From positions 14,756,001-14,820,000 of the forward strand of contig NC_092674.1 of assembly GCF_964355755.1 (NCBI RefSeq): a DNA stretch of 64,000 nt, given 5' to 3'. Origin of the DNA: Antedon mediterranea (lineage: Eukaryota > Animalia > Echinodermata). The notes beneath the pieces were generated by a model. That model was not told where the DNA came from, searched no databases, and saw only the letters and a program-made list of their open reading frames with translations. Position numbers and translations under genes: made by a program. This document shows, one piece after another, positions 1 to 10,942 of this stretch (position 1 is its first letter; the number at the start of each line of letters is the position of its first letter).

Positions 1-730
1 GTGGACAGATGTGAATCCATCGTACGTATCAACAGAAGAAGGACAAAAACAAGAAATGAGTCATAAAAGCAGCTTTATCAACATGCGGATATCCAGACTA
101 GAGTTTTAAAGAGTTAAAGACAAAAGGGAACATAGAAAAGCAAACAAAGACAAAGAAATAACAACAGATAAAGAAAAATCCAAAGTCAACATTGGTTTAC
201 CATATGTCGAAGGAATGACTCAAAGGCTAAGAAGAACATTGAAACAGCACAATATAAATACATATATCACTCCCAAAAACAAATTAAGAGAAAGTCTCGT
301 TCATCCTAAAGACAAGATTGACAAAGATCAACAGTGTGGTGTAGTCTACCAAGTAGGTTGCCACAACTGCAAGAAGGTATACATAGGGGAAACGGGCAGA
401 GCATTAAAAACAAGAATAATAGAACACAAAACAGACGTGGAAAAAAATACGGTAGGGACAAGAACCAGGACCGCTCGCCATTAACAATCTAAAATTCTAC
501 ACAAATCAGCTATCACAGATCACGCCACAATAGAAAATCACATACCGGATTTTGAAAATACAAAAATATTAGACAAAGAACAACACTACTTATCAAGAAA
601 AAAAAATAAGCCATTTGGATAAGAAAAACGAATATGAACATCATCAACAGAGACCAAGGAGGACATGAACTGAGCCACATCTACGATAACTTAATAAAAA
701 GGGACACCCAAGCATCCATTCAGGCCTGAA
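1..730 (+). mobile_element. Penelope-like retroelement 3' end (RT C-terminal region + GIY-YIG endonuclease), degenerate
   Basis: ORF 215-484 contains VHPKDK...CGVVYQVGCHNCKKVYIGETGRALKTRIIEH (GIY-YIG). Downstream frames give KSAITDHATIENH and NRDQGGHELSHIYDNL, with stops and frameshifts. Confidence 0.9.
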
Positions 731-763
731 AATTAACCTTGAAACCATAGTGGATAAACACCT

Positions 764-784
764 CCCCCCCCCCCCCCCCCCCCC
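764..784. repeat. poly(C) tract
   Basis: About 21 consecutive C. Confidence 0.95.
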
Positions 785-1687
785 ATGCCGGGCACAAAAA
801 ATGTATACTGTACCTCTCCCCTAATCTAAAATCCCCAACACCCACCACCTTCACACACAATATTTTTCGTGGGGATCGTATTATTCTACAGTAAAAAAAC
901 TCGAGCCAATTTTTATGGCCTGGGTAGATTGGGTTTCAGGATCCTGGAGAATCCTGTCCTGGCCAACTATGCCTTTTTATTTACTTTAAGTTTTAGCCTA
1001 TCTATAGGCCTAGCTTTTCTAGCCTAGCTTGTTGGCCTAGAAATCAGACAGAAAACTTGAAAAGTATTTACCTGAAATTCATAAATTATACAATTCTAAC
1101 ATGGAACAGCCATTAAAATATTGATAATAAGTTACAAAGTGTCATTTTAAAATAATTAAGAAAGATATTTGATCGTGTTTACATGTGTCACACATGGGCG
1201 CACGCACAATAGGGGAGGGCTGAGCGAGAGGAGAGAGCTTCTATTCTAGAAGATGCTGACGTCACACGTCAGCACGTGTTTTGAGGAGGATTTGAGTGAC
1301 CAAAATTGGTTAGAACTTTAAGAAATAGTCCATCTTCAAAATGACATAAATATAGCAACTAAGCTTTTTAAATAATAAACATTATATTTAGGCCTCCTAT
1401 ATCAATGTTTCCTTTTAGAATTAAATATATTTTATTAACTCGTTCCATAAAAACATGTCGTAAGCATAAAAGGAAAAATTATTGGTTGGGACATGTGCTT
1501 CCTGTAAAGGAGGTGTTTCTATGACACCGTACTGGTTGCACTATGAGGCGATGAAGTAAACTCGCCATTGACTGCAGGCAGCAGGGGAATCCCCTTTGTT
1601 GGTACCTCGCACTGTGAGATGGAGCGCGATTAATTGCTCTCCTTTATTTTCCTTAAAAACGAGGGACTGCCATATAGGCTTGTAGGC

Positions 1688-2772
1688 GGGTGTCACGAAA
1701 GCTCAGACCACGAAAGCTCAGACCCCCTAAGACCTAAGATCACGAAAGCTAAGACCCAACACCTAAGATTACAAATACTAAGATATACTACAGCTTAAAA
1801 ACAATACTTGTTTATCCATACATAATTTTAAACACAGTAGGTTTCATTTATTACCATAAATATAATTTAATACTACCGCAAAACATAGATAAACTCACAT
1901 TATTTTCGCCCGTTGAGTAAATGTATATTTTTTCTTTACAACAAACAAACTTGACGGGTTGTTTGTTGGTATATATTTACTCCATTGTGTTGCTTCAGAG
2001 GATGTTTTTCTTACGCACCTGCCTTTCTTGTATTTTGACTCCAAATTTGTTGACTAACTTTATCCTGAACACCACACTTTAAAATTAGGACTTATAAGTA
2101 CTTTCAGAAGGAGAAACACATAATAACAAATAAATAAATCCTTTAAATTGATGATTTTACAGATGTGTTTCTTTGTATACTGTAATGACAATGTAACTCC
2201 TCGAGCTCCCCCATGCTCAATGTTTTTGTTTCTATGGAGCGCCAAAAGAGCAACAATAATAGTACAAGTATAAAAACAGAAAGAAAACGAAACAAAAAAA
2301 CTTATCATGATTTTTAAATTAAAGTTTATTTGCCAGTATTTATTTCTTCGTACTTGCATGATTATACTATTATCATTACAATTTTAATTTTACATTGTTC
2401 CATCCACACTGTAGATGGACTCCACAGAGTTTTCAGCCCTCTATATATTTTTTGCTCTTTTGACGTTCCATAGAAACAAAAACATTGAACATGGGGTAGG
2501 CCTACAACTGTACTGTAGTAGGCTAGTCATTTTGTGTGGGAGAAAAACGTCTGTAAAATCATCAATTTAAAAATGTATTTGTTACTTTTTATGTGATTCT
2601 TTTTCATGAAAGTGCCAATTCTAAGGTGTGGTATTCAGAATAAATGTTGGGAGTTAAAATACAAGGCAGGTGCGAAAGATAAATATTTGTAATCTTAGGT
2701 GTTGGGTCTTAGCTTTCGTGATCTTAGGTCTTAGGGGTCTGAGCTTTCGTGGTCTGAGCTTTCGTGACACCC
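1688..2772. mobile_element. Non-autonomous foldback-like DNA transposon (MITE) with ~90-bp internally repetitive TIRs
   Basis: GGGTGTCACGAAAGCTCAGACC... at 1688 is mirrored at 2683-2772. Direct repeat GCTTGTAGGC lies at 1678-1687 and 2773-2782 (TSD is 8 bp if the termini are CGGGTG/CACCCG). Confidence 0.9.
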
Positions 2773-2954
2773 GCTTGTAGGCCTATCTTATAACTAATAG
2801 CTTATATATTATTAGCCTAGGCCTAGATTGGTTATAAAAGGTAGGTGGATGCAGTTTCTGGAAGTCGCCAGACGGGTCGACCATCACAAAATTAATACTC
2901 GCCCTTACCAAATAAAGGTCGCCATCGGCGACCGGGCGACCGATTTTCAGCCCT

Positions 2955-4321
2955 ATATTAATGTTCCTTCCGGAAGTGGATGCATTCATCTTTTGCCTGG
3001 ATATGAGAACTTGAGGTGGCCAGTGGCGTATCCAGGATTTTGAAGTTGGGGGGGCCGGGAATTGCCAATTTGCCGACAAAATTGGTGTCATTATCTGCTG
3101 TACATACACGACGTCTCTGATCAATATATGTTCTAGGATTACATAGTCATATTGTCTTATATGGGATAACGATGCAAAATTAAAACCAAACCAACATTAT
3201 CTGTTAGTATGTTGTATTCATATTACAATAAAGAAAGAATTAGGAAAATCTGACTTGTAGTTTTCGAAATATAGGGTCTAAAACATCGCCGAAAATGATC
3301 GTTTTTAGCCACGAAAGAAGTAAAACAATTTGCGGCCTCAGTCGACAATTCTATTAACTACGCCATTTTTGGTTAAAATAATTACATATAATTACGTTTT
3401 TTAGTAATTTATTTTATATATCACCATTGGAAATATCACTAAAACATGTTATTAAATGCTTATAAAATATATAAAGTTGTTTACTTAACGGAATTCGGAC
3501 AAATTCATTGCTCTAACTTTGTGTAGTACAATCAGAGAGATTCATGGTACACGCGCGAGAGAAAACATTCCGCTGCGGGTGATTCGCATCCACCAATCAA
3601 ATCAGCTAGAATCCTAAATCATTCAACCGTGAGCAATACCAATCGCGAGAAAGCTCAGCTTTGATTGGCTTACGATGACATCATATCACAAAATGGTGGT
3701 TTTATAGTTGAGCCTCACGGAATATTCTGTTCCAAAAATGAAGTACATGGATATTTTTTATGGTATATGTGCTTTTTCTTGAAAAATTTTGAATAATAAA
3801 GGCCTCATATCGAGAAGAAAAACCGGGTTTTTGGCACTTATAATAAATATATCTTAGACAAAAAAGCACATGGCATGTGGAACTATATAATCTCTTAGCG
3901 TAGGAAGACATACAAATCTCAGGTCATGAGAGGCTCAACTGCATGCAAAAACAAGGTTTTAGGGTAAGGTCAAAGACTTTTGAGTAAACAATCTACCGCG
4001 TACGGCCGTATGTACGTGCTAAACATTTTTAACGTGTTTCGTTAGATGTAATGAAAATAAAAAATAGTTGATCTGAAGGGATCAATGATGATATGATATG
4101 TAAATAAACAAACACTCAAAAGAATTATGTTTACAGTTCAATTATTGTCAGAATAAATAGTTTATTTTTTCCCCGGCACCTTTGTTTGCCGACGGCCGCG
4201 ATGATGTGCCGACGGAAACGAAATCAGGGGGGGCCCGGGCCCCCTCGGCCCCCCTACTGGATACGCCACTGGAGGTGGCTGAAGGAATTCATAAAGCACA
4301 GAAGAACAATATCTAATGATG
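2955..4321 (+). pseudogene. MADF/Myb-SANT accessory-gene exon of Harbinger element 1, split by a hAT MITE
   Basis: Removing 3021-4279 restores INVPSGSGCIHLLPGYENLRWLKEFIKHRRTISND (MADF C-terminal-type motif), followed by a GTGAG donor at 4322. Confidence 0.6.
3021..4271. mobile_element. hAT-type MITE
   Basis: TIRs CAGTGGCGTATCCAG / CTGGATACGCCACTG. Perfect 8-bp TSD GAGGTGGC at 3013-3020 and 4272-4279. Confidence 0.92.
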
Positions 4322-4327
4322 GTGAGC

Positions 4328-4930
4328 TTACATTTTGTGTCCACAATATGATACTATATCTTTTTGCCATGAAACAGAACCATCATCTGAATTAACATTG
4401 TCTGAGGTTATCTCTAATAATTTTTGCATCAATGTCACCTTCGACAATTCTCCGCCACTCTCCTTCTGTGAAGTTGTTTTCTTTATCGGCATCAACAAAT
4501 CCTGAAGGTGTGTATAACTTGCATTGTCTTCTTTTATTAAGTAGTTGTGCAAGCACAATGTAGCTTTCACAATGTCATCTACCGTTGTGACATTCGCCCT
4601 TATTGGCCGTCTGAAGATTCGCCATCTAGCTGACAGAATGCCAAAGGCATTCTCTATTGTTCGCCGTGCTCTCGATAGCCTGTAGTTGAATACTCTTAAT
4701 TCAAAAGATAAATTTTTTCCAGAGTAGGGCTTCATTAAATAAGGTTTTAAAGGAAAAATGTCATCTCCCAAAAGAAAATAGGGCATTACGTTCTCACACC
4801 TACTTGTTCGGGTACAGGTAATGGAAATGTGCCATCTTGTAGTTCTGCATAGATCAGTTAAAAATGCTAGCATCATTCATGCCTCCATAGCTTCCAATGT
4901 TGACATACGTGAAGGCATATCTTGCATCAC
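4328..4930 (-). pseudogene. PIF/Harbinger (HARBI1-like, DDE_Tnp_4) transposase, C-terminal exon, element 1
   Basis: DARYAFTYVNIGSYG...GDDIFPLKPYLMKPY...FNYRLSRARRTIENAFGILSARWRIF...LHNYL, with frameshifts. Confidence 0.92.
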
Positions 4931-4934
4931 GTAT

Positions 4935-5520
4935 CCGGATATTCACCCCCTGGACATTCACCCCCGGAAAACTACCCCCTTTAGGACAACTACCCCTTTA
5001 GGACAACTACCCCTTTAGGACAACTACCCCTTTAGGACAACTACCCCTTTAGGACAACTACCCCTTTAGGACAACTACCCCTTTAGGACAACTACCCCTT
5101 TAGGACAACTACCCCCTTAGGACAACAACCCCCTTAGGACAACTACCCCTTAGGACAATTATCCCCCTGGACAATTACCCCCTAGGAACAATTACCCCGG
5201 ACAATTACTCCTCCTCCACCCCCCCCCCCCCTGGGTAATTACCCCGCGGACAACTACCTCTGACACAATACTCCCCGTAGGACAACTACCTCCTGGACCT
5301 GGACAATACTCCGAGGGAAAATAATCTTTTTGGACAACTACCTCCGTAGGACAACTAACCCCTGGACAACTACCTCCGCCGGACAGCTACCTCCGCCGGA
5401 CAGCTACCTCCGCCGGACAGCTACCTCCGCCGGACAGCTACCTCCGCCGGACAACTACCTCCGCCGGACAACTATCCCCTATGGACAACTATCCCCTAGG
5501 AACAATTACCCCCCCTGACA
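4935..5520. repeat. GGACAACTACCCC-type ~17-bp minisatellite, probably subterminal repeats of a DNA transposon inserted into Harbinger 1
   Basis: Arrays of (GGACAACTACCCCTTTA)n and (GGACAGCTACCTCCGCC)n truncate the transposase at ~4931. Confidence 0.85.
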
Positions 5521-5939
5521 ATTACAACCTGCATTAGGGTAGTTAGTAGCCTTCAACATACCTTTTTATACTTTGTTTTTAAGTCAGTATCATTTTGATT
5601 GTCAAAATACTTTTCGCACTTGGTATAAAAAAAAAGTCCCAAAAATGGGATCTTCTGGATTATTACCTCTAATGAAACTTAGTCTTTAAATATGGCTGGA
5701 AATATCATATTTGACATTTTGACCTTTTTATTCTTTCTATGTCTGTAGGAATTTAATGTTGGTCTCATATTGTTCAAAATATCAATGTTTCTATGTACTT
5801 CAATGAAAATGTTTCATAAAAAATGACATGAAATGCTACCTTTGATTTTTGACATAATTTTTGCGTCAGGACAATGCTTCGATAACCACTGGTCTTAAAA
5901 GAATTAATATTTGTCTCAAATTTGTTGTATATGTATAAG

Positions 5940-6015
5940 GGAGACCCAAATATAGGTCTCCCTTTTCGTATTGGGTCTCGTGTCAGGTCTCTGGTCTCTA
6001 GTTTCGAAACACCCG
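5940..6015. mobile_element. Isolated TIR related to the 1688-2772 MITE
   Basis: GGTCTC subrepeats ending ...GTTTCGAAACACCCG, compared with ...CTTTCGTGACACCCG at 2760-2773. Confidence 0.5.
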
Positions 6016-6699
6016 TTAAAAACAGATGATCTATATATTTGTCTACTTTTTGATTGGGGTTAAACAACATGTTAACTTGAATCTTCTTTTACAGATATTT
6101 ATAGAAGATGAGAAATGAGGCCTGCTGTATTTTGAATTTTTGTATCTTTTTTTTGTAAATGGAAACAGCGATTTAATCGAATGAAAATAGAACAGTAGGC
6201 GCATTATAAAACACTATTTTGGGTTTGATGTATGTGCTGAATCATTTATTGTATTTTTAATTAATTAATTAATTATGAATCTAGTGAATTTTTAATCTTA
6301 TAAGTTACAAAAATGAACTCCTTGTGGCTTAAATTCATACCCCATATGGCACCTACAAGTCACCAGAATGCACCCCCATACATTAAGTGTCTACTTAATT
6401 AAAATTTATAAATCTAGGCCTATCTATGGTTTAATCAATATAATTATCATTGTATTATACCTGAACTTATCAAGGATAATAATAGGCCTAGGAACTACCT
6501 AGGCCTATTATAGTATTAATTATCCAGAGACAAAAAAAAATAGATTAAATTTTAATTAGATACAATATCTAGAGCATATTAATTATTATTATTGATTACG
6601 GTAAACATAGATCATATACACTAATTGATAAAAAAATATATATTTATATATAAACAGACAAAGAACATTAATTATAAATAGCCCTATAATATACTGTAC

Positions 6700-6884
6700 C
6701 TGAAAAAGTATTCGCGATCAGCTACTTTCAACAATTGAAATGTTGTTACAAACCAACCATAATGATCTCTCTGTAAATACAAATCTCTCACCCAAACTCG
6801 TCGTTTTGTTCTATTTTTTTTCCTTTTCCATAGTGAGTAAAGAATGCAAATTCTTGCTAACTCTCTTTTGTTAGTTTTAGGCAT
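6700..6884 (-). pseudogene. Harbinger transposase exon 1, element 1
   Basis: MPKTNKRELARICILYSLWKRKKNRTKRRVWVRDLYLQR...DREYFFR, then a GTACAG donor. This is a typical HARBI-like N-terminus. Confidence 0.8.
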
Positions 6885-7074
6885 TTTTTTAACACTACTA
6901 TTACCAAGGTACATTAAAGTGTATACTGTTTCAAACTTTGTGCGCGCCCTGCGTGTCACGTCGCAAATTAACCAGGTCAAAGTACGTCTCAAAACAACAA
7001 CTTAACGTTGACGCAACCGAACTGGTTTGATTTCACGCAGGCGGGGGCAAACACAATTATTGGAAGGGCATTTT

Positions 7075-7122
7075 CTTACGTTGCGTCGTTTGCGTCACGT
7101 CGCTAGTGGGAACCACGCTTAA
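7075..7122 (-). mobile_element. Harbinger element 1 terminal repeat
   Basis: Minus strand TTAAGCGTGGTTCCCACTAGCGACG, a Harbinger-style end next to TAA/TTA, upstream of exon 1. The partner TIR was not found. Confidence 0.6.
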
Positions 7123-7189
7123 TGTTCATAACAACTATCGGTTATTACAAATAAAAATGCTATAAAAGATTGTATGCTCAAGATGGTTG

Positions 7190-9100
7190 GCCAAAGTGCA
7201 TAACAGCCATGGTACAGACTTTAGTTTCATACCCTTTCAACTTCATCAAGCACGAATCCAAAAAAAGTGTCAAATTTTCCTCCAGGCCTTCCTTTGTTAC
7301 AGTTTCTCAAATCTGCGAGAAGTCCATCTTCGCCATCCAAGATCATCCTAACTTTTTGGTCCATTATTTTGTTTTGATCAGCCGATGCATCCAATGCAAG
7401 CTCTGAGTAAATGGCGCGAGTTACATGTGGGGACATCTTTGTCAAGCGTCCAAACCTAAACACAGACAAAAAGTAAAAAGACAATCAAACAAACTTAAAA
7501 TTGTCCTAAAACACAAAAATGAATAAATCTTCTAAACTTATGCCCAGGACAATTCGGACAACAGGATTTTAAAGACCCACTTTATATCTTCCATATTTAA
7601 TATCATTTTTTTCACAATCAAATGCCAAGGACAAGTGAATTTATCAAGCTACTTGTCACAAGATAAGTGAAGACTCATGCATCTGAATTGATCATGAGCT
7701 GTCTTATCAGACAGCTTAACAAAAGTAGTCCTAACATACAGGAGACCTAACAATCATACAGTAGACCTACCTTTCATGGAACTCTTTTTTCATTTTCCAT
7801 GTGTGGAACTCGGGAAGCATTCTCTGTACACTGGCATAGAGGTCCTTACTGTCTTGAGCCTTTTCACTCTCCGTCCTGTTTTCAGTGACCTTAGAAAGCA
7901 CAACTATGGTAGTATGGCTTCCACCAGGTGAATACCTTAAGACATAGATTAGACATAGATAAAACAATTAAAGTATGTAAACACCTACAATCACTCAGTT
8001 GAATTACTCATCAACATACATCTAATTATAATTTAAATTATTTACTATGCTTTTTAAAATAATTCAGGAACAAAGCAAACTTACTTCAGTAAATGAATTT
8101 CCATTGAAAGTCTTAAGCGTTCCAAAAAGCGCCATCGTTCCTGGGTTGTCAACGGTTTACTGACATGCTTGCTCTCGTCAAAGAATATTGGTTGTCCGAT
8201 TTCTAGCTTTTTCATCTCTTCATTTAGAAGTTTAAGGTCAACACTTACTTCACCAGAAGTCTTCGCTATAAACTGTACTGTAGTATCCTCAGATACTTGA
8301 AAAAAAAGAAAGAAAATTGAATGATTAAATAAAAATATATTATTCCTAGACAAAACCTACTGTACCATTAAAGTTGAACTCCACTAAAAAATAAGTAAAT
8401 CTGAATATATAGCGATTGTTTACAATTAATTAACTATTACGTCATTTATTAATTTATTGATTAATTAGTGGGACATGATTTTAACATCAAACTAAGTCGT
8501 AATGTATTATATTACATATTTTGCCCACAAACTGAAATTTAATGGAAAGACCTCAACTTAAGTTGATAAGAAATCAAATAAAATAAAACAACAATATATA
8601 CAAGTAAAATGAGAATAAGTAAACAATTAATAATGAACTTACTATATATAGCAATCAATTAACAGTAAGTACTTCAAAGTATAAAAAAACATGAGACGAG
8701 CACAATTGAAGTAAAAACTTGTTTGCCAAGTAAAGCAAGACAATTAATGTTGATTTATTGCTTACCAAGTGGACTGGATGAGTAAAGTTTTGTCTCTTCT
8801 GTTGGTCCTTGTTCTGGTCATCCAAAAATTGTTTGTAGGACGACAAACAAGATGAAAGATTTGCAATGCAGCTGGAAAATTCTAAAAATTTACCAAGAAT
8901 AGGCTTCTCCAACAGCTTCATTAATGCATTTGCATGGAAGTTTAAGTCCACTGCTGACAAAGCATGCTTCTTCCTCTTTCTCTTATTCAGATCAATGTAG
9001 CCTTTGTACTTTGTCCATACCTCTGGCACCCTTTCAACCCTATCGTTAATCACATCATGGTCCAGCGTGATGCACCAAAGTGCATTTGTAAGAGTCTGCA
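7190..9100 (-). pseudogene. Multi-exon remnant of an uncharacterised transposase-like protein (possibly Zator-related)
   Basis: Four same-strand exon-like ORFs (8655-9101, 8081-8353, 7767-7967, 7227-7484) with GT-AG borders. They contain LPEFHTWKMKKEF and DLRNCNKGRPGGKFDTFF. Confidence 0.55.
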
Positions 9101-10336
9101 AAAAAAAAATTGATACAATAAGAGGTCATTCACAATTAAAGCATTGTTTCTCTGCGCCTTTGATCAATTATGGAATTGGCGCAATATATATGTTAGATTA
9201 TTATTATTATTATTTATTATATAAAGCTCAGAAAACACATGCAAGTGTATATGTAGAATAGGGATATTTAATGTAAAGGATAAAAAAAAATCTTGAATTA
9301 CCGTAACAATGTAATAACCATCTGTCTGCGCATTACCCTGTGTCGGAAATGAAATCTCTCACTACAATAGTAATATTATATTTATAACCATAGGCTTAGT
9401 AATACTAATATAATTCAATTGTAGTAGGGCAGGCTAGGTTTAATACTGCAGTGCTGGGAAAAGAACAAGGAGGGAGTATTTGCAAGCATTGCAAATTCAG
9501 TACCGAACGCTAATTTTGAGAAACTTTTGTGGCGTCGGGGAAGGTCGAAGCAAAAAAAAAAAAAACCCCATCCTATATTTCCCATTGACTTTTTGTGGCC
9601 TAGGGGCGGTGGAAATAAAGATTGTTTTTAAAAAGTAAAAAAAAAAAAAAATTGATATGTCATTAAGTTATTATAAGTTAAGTTTTTTATCCAGAACACG
9701 TTGCGATTTTGCTAGAATTTGAAATGCAATATTTGCTTGTTGCCTGTATTTAAGACGGATGAATTTTCTCATATCACCCATGGTTTTAAGTTTGATCTTT
9801 TTTATTCGATCTGCATATTGAATATCTGTAGTTGTTGGGGCGCCCGAAGATAAACAATAAACTCTTTCCTTGTCATCAAAATCAAAAGGATTTATAAACT
9901 CCTATTGACTTGTATCTGACCTCTATGTTGTTCTGTTGGACGTAACTCCCAGTGCTGCTTGTTATCACCTTCATATAATATGTCTGCCATACTGTACATT
10001 GCTTGTAAATATTTTGTTCTCTCTTTTGTAGAGCAACACCACCTTTGGTATGCGCTATAGTTCATAGTCCACAGTCCTCTAGACTTTGAGTGTTTTATGA
10101 ACATTTCTTCAATCGTTTTATCAACAGCACAACGATTAGCTGGAATAAACGATCGAGCAACACTAAATGCACCACGCTTAATAAGGTCTTCAGCACCAGG
10201 ATGAGAAGCTTCTATATTCAGCAGAAATGTTGACAAATATGTAAGATACCTCGCATAATTCAATCCACAAAAACTAAAAAAGAGATCAGACAAAGACAGT
10301 TGACATAGTTGTTTTAACAGCACGGTTGAGATTTAG

Positions 10337-10420
10337 CATCAACCATCAACCATCAACCATCAACCATCAACCATCAACCACCAACCACCAACCATCAACC
10401 ATCAACCATCAACCATCAAT
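10337..10420. repeat. (CATCAAC)n heptamer microsatellite
   Basis: About 11 tandem copies inside the Academ coding remnant. Confidence 0.95.
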
Positions 10421-10942
10421 CCATGTATGAAATCCAAAGTTGTGCGGTTTTCCAAATTTCCCATTTCGAATTTCATCGCTAAATGAAGAATACTTACTGA
10501 TGTACAATCCTACATCTTTGTCAGTGAGTAACTCATTCTCTGTGCTTTTATTGATGTTTTTCATAAATTCATCAAGCTTTTTCTTTAAGTTAGTACTATC
10601 TTGTGAATCAGCAAATTTCTGTAGAAGCAGATGCTCAAGAGCCTCAGTCAGAATTTCATGGCAACTGATCGCTCTGGAGTAATTTTGTCCAGAAAGCACT
10701 CCATTCAGTGATCCACATTATTTCGAACTCAAGTAGTATATCGCTTAGTCAAGTTCCAGCCATCTTTTTCCCAATCATTTTCAGGTATGCACTTGCTATG
10801 CTAGATGAAATTGAAAGTTACCGATGAGTATGATGTGATTTGATTATTCGTTAGGGATGTTCCGTACCAGATCAATGGGTAAGCCTTCATACAAACACCT
10901 AGGTCAAACAATATTACAACATACTGTTTACCAACTTCCTTA

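Noticed and set aside
4821-5518. ORFs 4821-5018 and 5330-5518
   Set aside because: Translations of minisatellite sequence or of the antisense strand of the transposase.
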